Origin: Candidatus Wolfebacteria bacterium GW2011_GWE2_44_13 | GTDB taxonomy: Bacteria > Patescibacteriota > Minisyncoccia > UBA6257 > UBA9933 | Direction: 5' to 3' | NCBI GenBank assembly: GCA_001000675.1 | Contig: LCHW01000001.1 | Coordinates: 424,875-488,874 of the forward strand | DNA: 64,000 nt | In this document: in pieces, positions 56,211 through 64,000 of the stretch | How positions within the stretch are numbered: position 1 is the stretch's first letter | Layout of the letters: each line of letters begins with the position of its first letter | The notes under the pieces: generated by a model | The model's database searches: none | The model's input: only the letters and a program-made list of their open reading frames with translations | What the model was told of the DNA's origin: nothing | Position numbers and translations under genes: made by a program

Positions 56211-56687
56211 TTATTTACACCAAAGGCACTTTTTCCATTTCGCAGGAATCATTTTTGAACGTTCGATCATGCCATCGATTCCCCAGTTACTACCCGCATT
56301 AAATACCATTAAAACGATGAAGCCGGTAATATAGACAATGTGTTCGTCCACGATGTACGAATGCTCCCCTACGTACGGGAACTTGAGGATTGGAATATAG
56401 TACAACGCCATCATTATTGCGCCAAGAAGCGATGCTGCTCGTGTAGCGAACCCAAGCAGTAATGTTGCGCCGATGAGGAAAAGTCCCCATTCATTCAAGA
56501 AATCGACCCATACAATGTTTTGCGGTGCTCCGAGCCACTGATAGAATCCTGACATAAACTGCGCCCCTTTAAGATACCCGGCTGACGTCCATGCTGCGTT
56601 CATGAGCTTAGCGATGCCGGCGTAGAGAAACAAAAACCCAAGAGAAACACGCAAAAGAAGCAATGCTATTTTTTGTGATTTTGTCAT
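56211..56687 (-). CDS. DoxX family membrane protein.
   Basis: Four TM helices, with LLLRVSLGFLFLYAGIAKL. Confidence 0.75.
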   Translation of the reverse strand: MTKSQKIALLLLRVSLGFLFLYAGIAKLMNAAWTSAGYLKGAQFMSGFYQWLGAPQNIVWVDFLNEWGLFLIGATLLLGFATRAASLLGAIMMALYYIPILKFPYVGEHSYIVDEHIVYITGFIVLMVFNAGSNWGIDGMIERSKMIPAKWKKCLWCK

Positions 56688-56737
56688 AGTGATATTAGTA
56701 TACCACTTCTACTCTATTTTATGTACTGCGCAACAAC

Positions 56738-59725
56738 TTACTGCATCATATCGCGCAGCGCACAATATTCACATTCTGCATCGTCGCACCGCTTCTCCCA
56801 AAAGATGCCGTCGAGAATCTCTTGCCCTACTCGTTTAATTTCTTCTTCGAGCGCTGTAAGCTCTTCAGGTACTATCTCAAACATCTCCTTGCGATATACT
56901 CCCCTTTCGTTTGGTTCTATAAAATCAATATCGCCTGAGAGCATTCGATATTTGCCGTCCTCATGGCGATCGAGTAGTAGCTTATAAAATATCAATTGGC
57001 GTTTAATGTTGCCCTCTGACGCTTGTGTGTTTCCTTCAATATCGTTACGCGATTTTGGTTTTCCTGTTTTGTAATCGACTACGTTTACTTCGTTACCCGC
57101 ACCGATAAATTCTATCTTATCGATTTTTCCCGTTAATCGAATTTCTGGCGTTAGCATGATTCCGTTCACCGCAAATTCGGTCAATGCGTTTATTCGCCAT
57201 GCACCTTTGTAGGTGTCGTAATATCCACCTAGCGCTTTTAAGCCCTTTGCGAGCGATTCCTCGTACTCACTTTTTACGAGCGGTTGTCGTGTAAGATAGT
57301 ACGTAAATTTATCCAACAAGAATTGTTTGTCCACCTCGCGCTCTTTTATGGTGTCAAAGAAATCTTTTAACGCACTATGGATCGCGATCCCATACATTTG
57401 ATGCTTGCTGGGTGCCTTGGGGATGCGAAGCAGGTTTGTATAAAAATATTTCCATGGACATTCGAGGTAGTTATTCAACGCGGTAACAGAAAATCCATTG
57501 CGCAAAAATAATTCTCGGATGTATTCCTTATCTTTGATATCAACGCCACTTAACATGCGCGGCGCAAATAATAATTCTTTTTGTGCGCCTAACTCCGCCT
57601 CGTATGGTGCGGCATCCGCTTGTGTAAGCAAATCCTCTCGCAACTCTCCGATAAATTGTGACGGGAGCTGTGCGCGGCCGTTACTATTTATTGCCGCATA
57701 GGTAATAACGATTTCTTTCTTTGCTCGCGTTAACGCAACGTAAAAGAGTCTTCGCTCGTCTGCGTTTTCGTCCTCCTCCTCTGTGAAATCACTCCCTGCG
57801 AGTGAGAATAGTCGCTTTGGTAGCTCAAATCCGGTCTTTTTGCGTTTATTACCCCAATGGCCATCAAATGCATTAATAATATATACGTATTCAAATTCAA
57901 GCCCTTTTGATTTGTGTGCGGTCATTAAACGTACTTTGCCTGAGCCATGCCCGGCTATACTTTTCTTGATGCGAATGTTGTGCGTTTTTAATGTTTCGAT
58001 ATACGCAAAGAAATCAGCGAGGCCATATTCTCGATGCGCTTCGATTAACTTCTTAATCTCTTCGAACAGCCCACCCACAACCTCTATTTTTTCTACAGGA
58101 TTTTCACTTGCCAATATATGCCCTAAAAATCCTGACTCTCGCATAACAATTTCGAACAGTTCGGCTAATCCTTTATTGCGACTCACCACACTCCATTGCG
58201 CAATTTTCCCATACCATGCGTTAATAATCTGGGGCTTTTCGAGCTTAAGGTCGGGAGTCTGTAAGACGTCTAACGAGCGCGCTACTTCATACACTGACAC
58301 TTTGCTTCGATTTGCATAATCCATGACCTTATACAGATCAAGTGGATCAATACCTAAAAAGTCCACATGCATTGCTTCAATAAAAGACTCCTGTGAACCG
58401 AACTCATTCACTGCGCGCAATAGCATGAGTAATTTTCGAATATCCTCGTCCTCTAAAATATCCTGATCGGATGAAACCGTAAAAGGTATCTGCATTTTTT
58501 GCAGCATGTCCGCAATCGGATCCATATCTCGGTTATTTCTGTATAGCACCGCAATCTCATCTGCTGCAACTCCAGCGGCAATATGATTTGCAATATCTTT
58601 TGCAATAAGATAACGCTCCACCTGCTCATCGGCGCAATTAAAAATGCGTATGGGTGCTTCTGTGTGCGCTACATTTGCCTTCAGCTCCTTTTTCCCAGGG
58701 ATGACATTGTGCGCCGAATCAAGGATCGTTTGCGTTGATCGATAATTTTCTTCAAGCACAATTAATACAGCCTCTGGATACAGGTTCTTGAAGTAGAGGA
58801 AATTTTCAAGCGATGCTCCTTGAAAACGATAGATTGCCTGCTTTTCGTCACCCACTACAAACAGATTTGGATTGGGATGAAAGTTACACAACAATTCAAT
58901 AATCTTGTTTTGTGCGTTGTTTGTATCTTGGTGTTCATCGACAAGAATATACTGATACTGCTCTTGCAGCATTAATAAGAGGTTCTTATTAGTTGTAAGC
59001 ACCTCAAGCACTTCCATGATCATATCACTATAATCATATTTTTTATCGTCAGTTAGTCGTTTTTGATAATAGGCGTATACCAATGCAAGCTCGGCATTTT
59101 TTCTGATGCTTTTGTCGAGCTTCTGATAGTGTCCTTTCATTTTCCCTTTGTGCGCACCCTTGTCGTGATAAAGGTCTTCGATGTGCTCAAATCGTTCGCG
59201 CTCTTTGTCCACCTCCTGCGTGAATCTATCAGCACTAACGCCTTCGCGTTTCAGTTCATTAATGGCCATTAAGATGGCGCCTAAATAATGCAATGTATCG
59301 CCAAAAGGTCGCAACTCAGCGAGCGGGATTGTTTCGATTGCATCTTCAAGAATGCGAATCTGATCGACATCGGTAATGTTTTCCGAACCAATGATACGGG
59401 GAAATTCTTCTGGGTAGTCTTTTATAACATCGTTACAGAATCCGTGAAATGTATTGATGGCTACGGAATATGCTGGCCCTCCGATAAGATCCATAAGCCG
59501 ACGGCGCATAGAAGCAACGCCCGATTCTGTAAACGTCAACGCTAATACGCTACTCGGCTCCATATCGGTTGTGCGCAAAATATTCGCAATGCGTAGGGTA
59601 AGAATTTGCGTCTTGCCTGTCCCAGGGCCTGCAATAACCATAACGGGTCCTTCTATGGTGTCTACGGCGGTTTTTTGTTGCGGATTGAGTTTAGCGTATG
59701 CGTTTTTGAATGCTTCGTTCGTCAT
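56738..59725 (-). CDS. UvrD/PcrA-like ATP-dependent helicase fused to a C-terminal Cas4/RecB-like PD-(D/E)xK nuclease with a Cys cluster (AddA/AdnB-like).
   Basis: Walker A is AGPGTGKTQ. UvrD helicase motifs are present. The C-terminal Cys pattern is C...CDDAECEYC. Confidence 0.85.
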   Translation of the reverse strand: MTNEAFKNAYAKLNPQQKTAVDTIEGPVMVIAGPGTGKTQILTLRIANILRTTDMEPSSVLALTFTESGVASMRRRLMDLIGGPAYSVAINTFHGFCNDVIKDYPEEFPRIIGSENITDVDQIRILEDAIETIPLAELRPFGDTLHYLGAILMAINELKREGVSADRFTQEVDKERERFEHIEDLYHDKGAHKGKMKGHYQKLDKSIRKNAELALVYAYYQKRLTDDKKYDYSDMIMEVLEVLTTNKNLLLMLQEQYQYILVDEHQDTNNAQNKIIELLCNFHPNPNLFVVGDEKQAIYRFQGASLENFLYFKNLYPEAVLIVLEENYRSTQTILDSAHNVIPGKKELKANVAHTEAPIRIFNCADEQVERYLIAKDIANHIAAGVAADEIAVLYRNNRDMDPIADMLQKMQIPFTVSSDQDILEDEDIRKLLMLLRAVNEFGSQESFIEAMHVDFLGIDPLDLYKVMDYANRSKVSVYEVARSLDVLQTPDLKLEKPQIINAWYGKIAQWSVVSRNKGLAELFEIVMRESGFLGHILASENPVEKIEVVGGLFEEIKKLIEAHREYGLADFFAYIETLKTHNIRIKKSIAGHGSGKVRLMTAHKSKGLEFEYVYIINAFDGHWGNKRKKTGFELPKRLFSLAGSDFTEEEDENADERRLFYVALTRAKKEIVITYAAINSNGRAQLPSQFIGELREDLLTQADAAPYEAELGAQKELLFAPRMLSGVDIKDKEYIRELFLRNGFSVTALNNYLECPWKYFYTNLLRIPKAPSKHQMYGIAIHSALKDFFDTIKEREVDKQFLLDKFTYYLTRQPLVKSEYEESLAKGLKALGGYYDTYKGAWRINALTEFAVNGIMLTPEIRLTGKIDKIEFIGAGNEVNVVDYKTGKPKSRNDIEGNTQASEGNIKRQLIFYKLLLDRHEDGKYRMLSGDIDFIEPNERGVYRKEMFEIVPEELTALEEEIKRVGQEILDGIFWEKRCDDAECEYCALRDMMQ

Positions 59726-59767
59726 ATTCTTACTATCATACCATAAAAAATGACCGCGATTAAACGG

Positions 59768-60283
59768 TCATTTTGCCTCCTTAATTGCCATCTCTTGTAT
59801 GCCTTCGTCTACTTTTGTTTCAATGCGACGTTCCCATTCTAATCGGCGCTCAAACCCGCTCTTTTCTACGCGATCTGAAATGCGCCAAATGCCTTTGTAT
59901 ATTTTTTGAATCTCACTAAGGAGTTCTGGCATTGTATGCTTTGTTGCAACCAATATCGATTTCTTTGTTTTAAAGAATCGCCAAATAACTGGATCGATTA
60001 AATATGCCTTTCCTCCATATTCAACGATTAATAAATCATGATGCGCACTTCGATCAATAATACCCTTGATCACATAGATGCGCGCATGGGGAAGCTCGTC
60101 GAGAATCCAATTTCCAGCAAGGTGTGCTATTTCATCGCAATATTTTTGCGATAACACTGTAAGCGGCTTATCCCCCACCTTTCCTAGGAGTGTGGCCATC
60201 ATTTTTTGCACCTGCTCGATTAGCTCCTTGTTCATATGCAAATTATATACTGTTTCTCTAGGAATGTCACCAAAAAATAACAC
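59768..60283 (-). CDS. Hypothetical protein (171 aa).
   Basis: An ORF preceded by a GC-rich leader with a terminator-like hairpin. Confidence 0.45.
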   Translation of the reverse strand: MLFFGDIPRETVYNLHMNKELIEQVQKMMATLLGKVGDKPLTVLSQKYCDEIAHLAGNWILDELPHARIYVIKGIIDRSAHHDLLIVEYGGKAYLIDPVIWRFFKTKKSILVATKHTMPELLSEIQKIYKGIWRISDRVEKSGFERRLEWERRIETKVDEGIQEMAIKEAK

Positions 60284-60302
60284 CCTGACCGAAATCAGGG
60301 TG
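60271..60302 (-). terminator. Terminator/attenuator hairpin (caccctga-ccgaaa-tcagggtg plus T-run on the minus strand) between a 27-aa leader ORF and gene 59768..60283.
   Basis: Read directly from the sequence. Confidence 0.5.
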
Positions 60303-60328
60303 TTTGCTGCGTGAGCAGGGCAACGGGG

Positions 60329-60412
60329 CTACATACACCCGTTACCCGATCGTCGGCAACCTTCTTTACAGCGGGTTACCGGGCGAAGTGCGTAGGTACG
60401 GTTTGTCCACAT
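60329..60412 (-). CDS. 27-aa mini-ORF (MWTNRTYALRPVTRCKEGCRRSGNGCM) with a strong SD gaaAGGAGGa. Candidate leader peptide or small protein.
   Basis: Translated by hand on the minus strand. It lies in a GC-rich island and is followed by a hairpin plus T-run. Confidence 0.3.
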   Translation of the reverse strand: MWTNRTYALRPVTRCKEGCRRSGNGCM

Positions 60413-60474
60413 GGGGCTCTTCCTCCTTTCTTGGCGATAGGTACTGCGAGGAATATATAACAAACTCGTGACCT

Positions 60475-60502
60475 TGTCAATATCTTTGGTATCTGCTATA
60501 GT
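60475..60502 (+). promoter_or_regulatory. Sigma70-like promoter TTGTCA-N16-TATAGT for obg, with a short leader.
   Basis: Read directly from the sequence. Confidence 0.5.
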
Positions 60503-60511
60503 ATACCCACT

Positions 60512-61516
60512 ATGTTAATCGATGATGTTGTAATCAAGGTGAGCTCTGGCCGAGGAGGGCGCGGGGCGGTTGCATTTAACAAAAACATGAAGAGCCTCGG
60601 ACCTGCGGGCGGAAGCGGCGGTAACGGCGGAGACGTCGTTGTTGAGGCCGCCTCAGATCTTAGCTTATTGAACCAATTTCGCTTCAAGAAAGAGATTTCT
60701 GCAGAAAGTGGCGAACCGGGAAAGCCGCAGTTTAACGATGGGCACACGGGCGTTGATCTTGTCCTCAAGGTGCCGGTCGGTACAATCATCCACAATATGA
60801 CAACAGGCGCCGACTACGAACTCGTAAAAATCAACGAGCGTATTGTGATTGCAAAGGGCGGCAAAGGTGGTCGTGGTAACTTCCATTTCAAATCTTCAAC
60901 CAATACCAGCCCTGTGCAGTATCAGAATGGTACACCAGGGGAAGAGTTTATGCTGCGCCTTGAGTTAAAGCTTATTGCCGACGTTGGTATTATTGGGCTT
61001 CCGAGTGCCGGTAAATCGAGTCTTCTTAATGAACTTACTAATGCACAAAGCAAGGTTGGAAACTATCCATTTACAACATTAGAGCCAAGCCTTGGTGTTT
61101 ACTATGAATTGATTCTGGCAGACATTCCTGGGCTTATCGAAGGATCAAGTCAAGGAAAAGGATTGGGAGATAAATTCCTTCGCCATATCGAGCGTACGGA
61201 AATATTATTCCACCTTGTGCCTGCTGATTCTCTCGACCCAGTGCATGATTACGAAATTATTCGTAAAGAACTCGGTGCGCATAACCCCGCGTTGCTTACG
61301 AAAAAAGAATATTTGTTCTTAAGTAAGAGTGATATGGTTAGCGAGCCGGAACTTGATGCAAAGATTGCGTTACTAAAAAAACTCAATCCGACGGTCATTC
61401 CTATCTCGGTGTACAACTGGGAAAGCCTCGACGCTGTAAAGCGTCTCCTCAATGCAGTAATCAAGGAAAAGCATTACACTACACCAGAAGTAAAAGAAGT
61501 TGTTACTGAAGAATAA
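60512..61516 (+). CDS. obg: GTPase Obg/CgtA.
   Basis: The Obg fold N-terminus is Gly-rich (GGRGGRGAVAF, GGSGGNGGDV). The G-domain motifs GLPSAGKSS and DIPGLIEGS are present. Confidence 0.9.
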   Translation: MLIDDVVIKVSSGRGGRGAVAFNKNMKSLGPAGGSGGNGGDVVVEAASDLSLLNQFRFKKEISAESGEPGKPQFNDGHTGVDLVLKVPVGTIIHNMTTGADYELVKINERIVIAKGGKGGRGNFHFKSSTNTSPVQYQNGTPGEEFMLRLELKLIADVGIIGLPSAGKSSLLNELTNAQSKVGNYPFTTLEPSLGVYYELILADIPGLIEGSSQGKGLGDKFLRHIERTEILFHLVPADSLDPVHDYEIIRKELGAHNPALLTKKEYLFLSKSDMVSEPELDAKIALLKKLNPTVIPISVYNWESLDAVKRLLNAVIKEKHYTTPEVKEVVTEE

Positions 61517-61548
61517 AAAAACAAACCCCTAGGGGTTTGTTTTTTATT
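61514..61548. terminator. Bidirectional terminator (caaacccctaggggtttg flanked by A and T runs).
   Basis: Read directly from the sequence. Confidence 0.7.
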
Positions 61549-61987
61549 TACTCAATTCTTTCTGCACATGCCCTAGGATTTCTTCCATGTGTCGTTCACA
61601 TACGTTCTTTTTCAAGCGCATCGTCACAAGCTTCTTTGCGGTCACGGGTAAGAGCTGTTCAATCTCTGCGATTACCGGCGAGATGATTGTTATCTGGGTA
61701 GGGAGCACTCGTGTAACAACATCCTTTGCAGTTACTTTAAACTTCGCTACAAACGCCTGCTGGTATAGTTCCTTAGGTGAATTCGAGCTTCCTCCGGTTA
61801 CCCCTGTTTTTCCGGTTCTTACCGAAAGGCCTTCTCTATCTGAAAACTTTATTTTCGGCACTCGAAACATTTCAATCTTTTCGATAACGCCATCCCCTGC
61901 AAGATAGAACTCAGCCTCTTGCGTGCCGGTTACAATGAGTAACGCCCTTTCTTTCTTGAATTGTGGAAATTGTTGTGCGATTTTCAT
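61544..61987 (-). CDS. Hypothetical protein (147 aa).
   Basis: An ORF only. Confidence 0.45.
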   Translation of the reverse strand: MKIAQQFPQFKKERALLIVTGTQEAEFYLAGDGVIEKIEMFRVPKIKFSDREGLSVRTGKTGVTGGSSNSPKELYQQAFVAKFKVTAKDVVTRVLPTQITIISPVIAEIEQLLPVTAKKLVTMRLKKNVCERHMEEILGHVQKELSK

Positions 61988-62019
61988 ATAGCTTCAGTAT
62001 ACTCCATCTCGCTTATTTA

Positions 62020-63018
62020 TTACAGATATCCTTCTTTGCGCAATGTATTCGTAACGTCATTTTTATCGCGAGAAGCCATAAGTTTTGCGCGCAATTCCCT
62101 TGCGCCATCAAATCCGTGTATATATGCCTTATAGTGTTTCTTCATTACATCAAAACGGTTTCCCATCCCAAAAAACTGTTCAAACAACTCTGTATGTTCT
62201 AGTAAAGCCGCTATCTTTTCTTGCAGGAGTATTTCTGTTGTCACAACACTTCCCCTCTTCTTTGCCTTGTCCTTATCTGCAAAAAACCAGGGGTTGCCAA
62301 ACATACCTCGCCCTACCATTACTCCATCAACACCATACTGCCTTACCTTATCAAATGCTTCTTCCAATGTTTGCACATCGCCGTTACCCAATACGAACGG
62401 GCGATCTTTTCCTCCATAATACTGCTCTGTTAACGCAACTCCATGTGCGATAACATCCCAATGTGCAGGCACATCCGACATTTCTTTCTTCGTTCGTCCA
62501 TGAATAGTAATTGCGGCTGGCTCGGTTTCTAAAATATACGGTAACCATTCATCGAGCGTATTTTTTGTGTATCCGATACGCGTTTTTACTGACACGGGCA
62601 ACTTCCCGGCTCCCCGCTTTGTTTCTGTAATAATTGCTTGCGCCAGCTTTGGGCTTTGTATTAACTTTGCTCCGGCATTTTGTTTCTGTATGTTTTTATC
62701 GGGGCACCCCATGTTAATATCAATACCATCAAACCCGAGTTCTTGCATTAATAGGGCTGTCTGATAAAAATGTTCTGGCGTTGCGCCAAAAACTTGCGCC
62801 ACGATAGGGCGTTCTTTTTTGTCATATTGCAGATCGCGCAATAACGCATCTTTTCCTTGTGAGCAGAGGCCATCACATGCAACGAACTCTGTCCACATAA
62901 CATCGGGCTTGCCATATTTTGCAATCATAAAGCGAAATGCGGCATCAGTTACTCCCGCCATCGGCGCAAGTGCAAAAATTGGCTTCTTCAGTTTTTTCCA
63001 AAACCCATAGTTAATCAT
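62020..63018 (-). CDS. dus: tRNA-dihydrouridine synthase.
   Basis: The sequence ALAPMAGVTDAAFRFM...DINMGCP is the Dus signature with the catalytic Cys. Confidence 0.85.
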   Translation of the reverse strand: MINYGFWKKLKKPIFALAPMAGVTDAAFRFMIAKYGKPDVMWTEFVACDGLCSQGKDALLRDLQYDKKERPIVAQVFGATPEHFYQTALLMQELGFDGIDINMGCPDKNIQKQNAGAKLIQSPKLAQAIITETKRGAGKLPVSVKTRIGYTKNTLDEWLPYILETEPAAITIHGRTKKEMSDVPAHWDVIAHGVALTEQYYGGKDRPFVLGNGDVQTLEEAFDKVRQYGVDGVMVGRGMFGNPWFFADKDKAKKRGSVVTTEILLQEKIAALLEHTELFEQFFGMGNRFDVMKKHYKAYIHGFDGARELRAKLMASRDKNDVTNTLRKEGYL

Positions 63019-63022
63019 ACGC

Positions 63023-63238
63023 TTATAGCCCTAGTCCCGCAGGTATCTGTAGTGTATTTAAGAATGCTGGGATTGCAAACATGAGTCCAATCGCTGGCAA
63101 TACGATCACTGCGATACTAATAATAAGTGTCCACTTAAAATAATTGCGCGTTTTTTCAACCGAAACAAATATCTGATCCATCTTCTTTTGCTGCTCATCA
63201 AGCTTGGTTATAAGTATTACTAGTTCGTTTGTATCCAT
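63023..63238 (-). CDS. Small membrane protein (71 aa), hypothetical.
   Basis: A single TM segment. It lies 5 nt downstream of dus on the same strand. Confidence 0.3.
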   Translation of the reverse strand: MDTNELVILITKLDEQQKKMDQIFVSVEKTRNYFKWTLIISIAVIVLPAIGLMFAIPAFLNTLQIPAGLGL

Positions 63239-63430
63239 ATTGGTATTATCCCATTAATTTGAAAAATAATATACTCACGTAGCCTTATACTATAAAAGAC
63301 GCCTATCGAATGACAGGCGTCTTTTATAGTTTGATACCCTTATTTGAAAAAGTCCTCACTCAATTTTCAAACAAAAGATCTTAGTAGTATTGTATCATAC
63401 GCGCCATAACGGAGCAAGTAATACCGCTTC

Positions 63431-64000
63431 TTATTTGCGCTGCATATCTTTCGCGAGCCTTTTTAAAACTGCGTCAATTAATTGTGGATCTCTCCCGACT
63501 ATTTCCGTAAAACGATTATGTGTTGCCATTGAATCATTTTTTAGACTTCCCATAAGTGCCGATGCAATTCTTCTTGGCACCCCCGTGATCCTTTGCACTG
63601 CCATTGCGGCAAGTGATATGGGAAATAGTCGCATATGGAGCAATCGGTTCTTTTTTCCTCGTACAATACTTCCGCTGCGCATAAGTAACTCATCATAGCC
63701 CATTACCTCTGATCCAATTTCAAAAATTTCATGTCCTACCTCATCTCGATTTATCAATGCCGCAATCATAGCAACTGCATCTTCTAACGCAATTGGGGAG
63801 CATTTTGTTTTGCTCCATTTTGGCATTATGAGAATTGGTAATCGCCTTGAAAGCCAGTACACCATTTGATATGAAACACTACATAAGCCTAATAAGATAC
63901 TTGCGCGTACCTCGGCGACAGGAACGCCCGCACTTGCAAGTGCCTTGCCCGTATCTTGTCTACTGCGTAAATGTTTGGAAAGTCCCTCTTTTGCAGGAAT
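63431..64000 (-). CDS. C-terminal part of a Rossmann-fold NAD(P)-binding (NmrA/epimerase-like) protein. It probably extends beyond the window end.
   Basis: The frame stays open upstream of the listed ATG at 63865 through to position 64000. The C-terminal pattern ALEDAVAMIAALINRDEVGHEIFEIGSE is present. Confidence 0.35.
   Translation of the reverse strand: MPAKEGLSKHLRSRQDTGKALASAGVPVAEVRASILLGLCSVSYQMVYWLSRRLPILIMPKWSKTKCSPIALEDAVAMIAALINRDEVGHEIFEIGSEVMGYDELLMRSGSIVRGKKNRLLHMRLFPISLAAMAVQRITGVPRRIASALMGSLKNDSMATHNRFTEIVGRDPQLIDAVLKRLAKDMQRK

Noticed and set aside
1-64000. A CRISPR array, tRNA, rRNA, tmRNA or RNase P.
   Set aside because: No regularly spaced direct repeats were found. No cloverleaf or conserved T-loop (GTTCRA) segments were recognised in intergenic regions. 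The only repeats found are terminator-type hairpins and the 300-bp element pair.

Overview
This is a 64 kb window from a low-GC, compact, gene-dense bacterial chromosome; many genes overlap by 4-20 nt, Shine-Dalgarno sites are often weak, and the gene content suggests a small-genome or host-associated lineage. No rRNA, tRNA, CRISPR array, transposase or integrase was recognisable.

Core housekeeping genes:
- An amidohydrolase-ftsW-murG-S9 peptidase cluster, then gltX and an M23/EnvC-like peptidase.
- rpmA, and an rplI operon that also carries a SAM methyltransferase, a HIT hydrolase and a P-loop kinase.
- ctpA, sodA, queA-tgt, a P-type ATPase, two MFS transporters and dinB.
- A MacAB-like efflux module (adaptor, ATPase, two FtsX permeases) and PhoH2.
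- A stand-alone CheY-like receiver followed by two paralogous sensor kinases.
- pyrD, ybaB, a cyclophilin, typA, a UvrD-like helicase fused to a Cas4-like nuclease, obg and dus.

Features that stand out:
1. A nucleic-acid end-processing island (9.2-12.5 kb): a 42-aa Cys-rich peptide behind a perfect 23-bp palindrome, a HAD phosphatase overlapping a PNK-like P-loop kinase (a split T4-Pnkp-like pair), a divergent Nudix hydrolase, and a PD-(D/E)xK nuclease with a Cys cluster.
2. A GC-rich array of five small genes (22.6-24.5 kb) in three blocks, each block ending in a conserved ~33-bp repeat. It includes a type IV prepilin and two paralogous ~93-aa proteins.
3. A ~300-bp hairpin-rich repeat present twice (14.9 kb and 55.2 kb), with compensatory stem changes that suggest a structured RNA.
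4. An operon encoding a NOX/ferric-reductase-like enzyme plus a secreted di-cytochrome b5 protein, near a sodA-PQQ dehydrogenase operon.
5. A GC-rich leader on the minus strand upstream of obg, containing a 27-aa ORF with a strong SD and a terminator hairpin.
6. An identical 26-bp terminator copied behind two adjacent GC-rich genes, likely acquired together.

Functions are assigned from motifs read in the translations. No database search was run.
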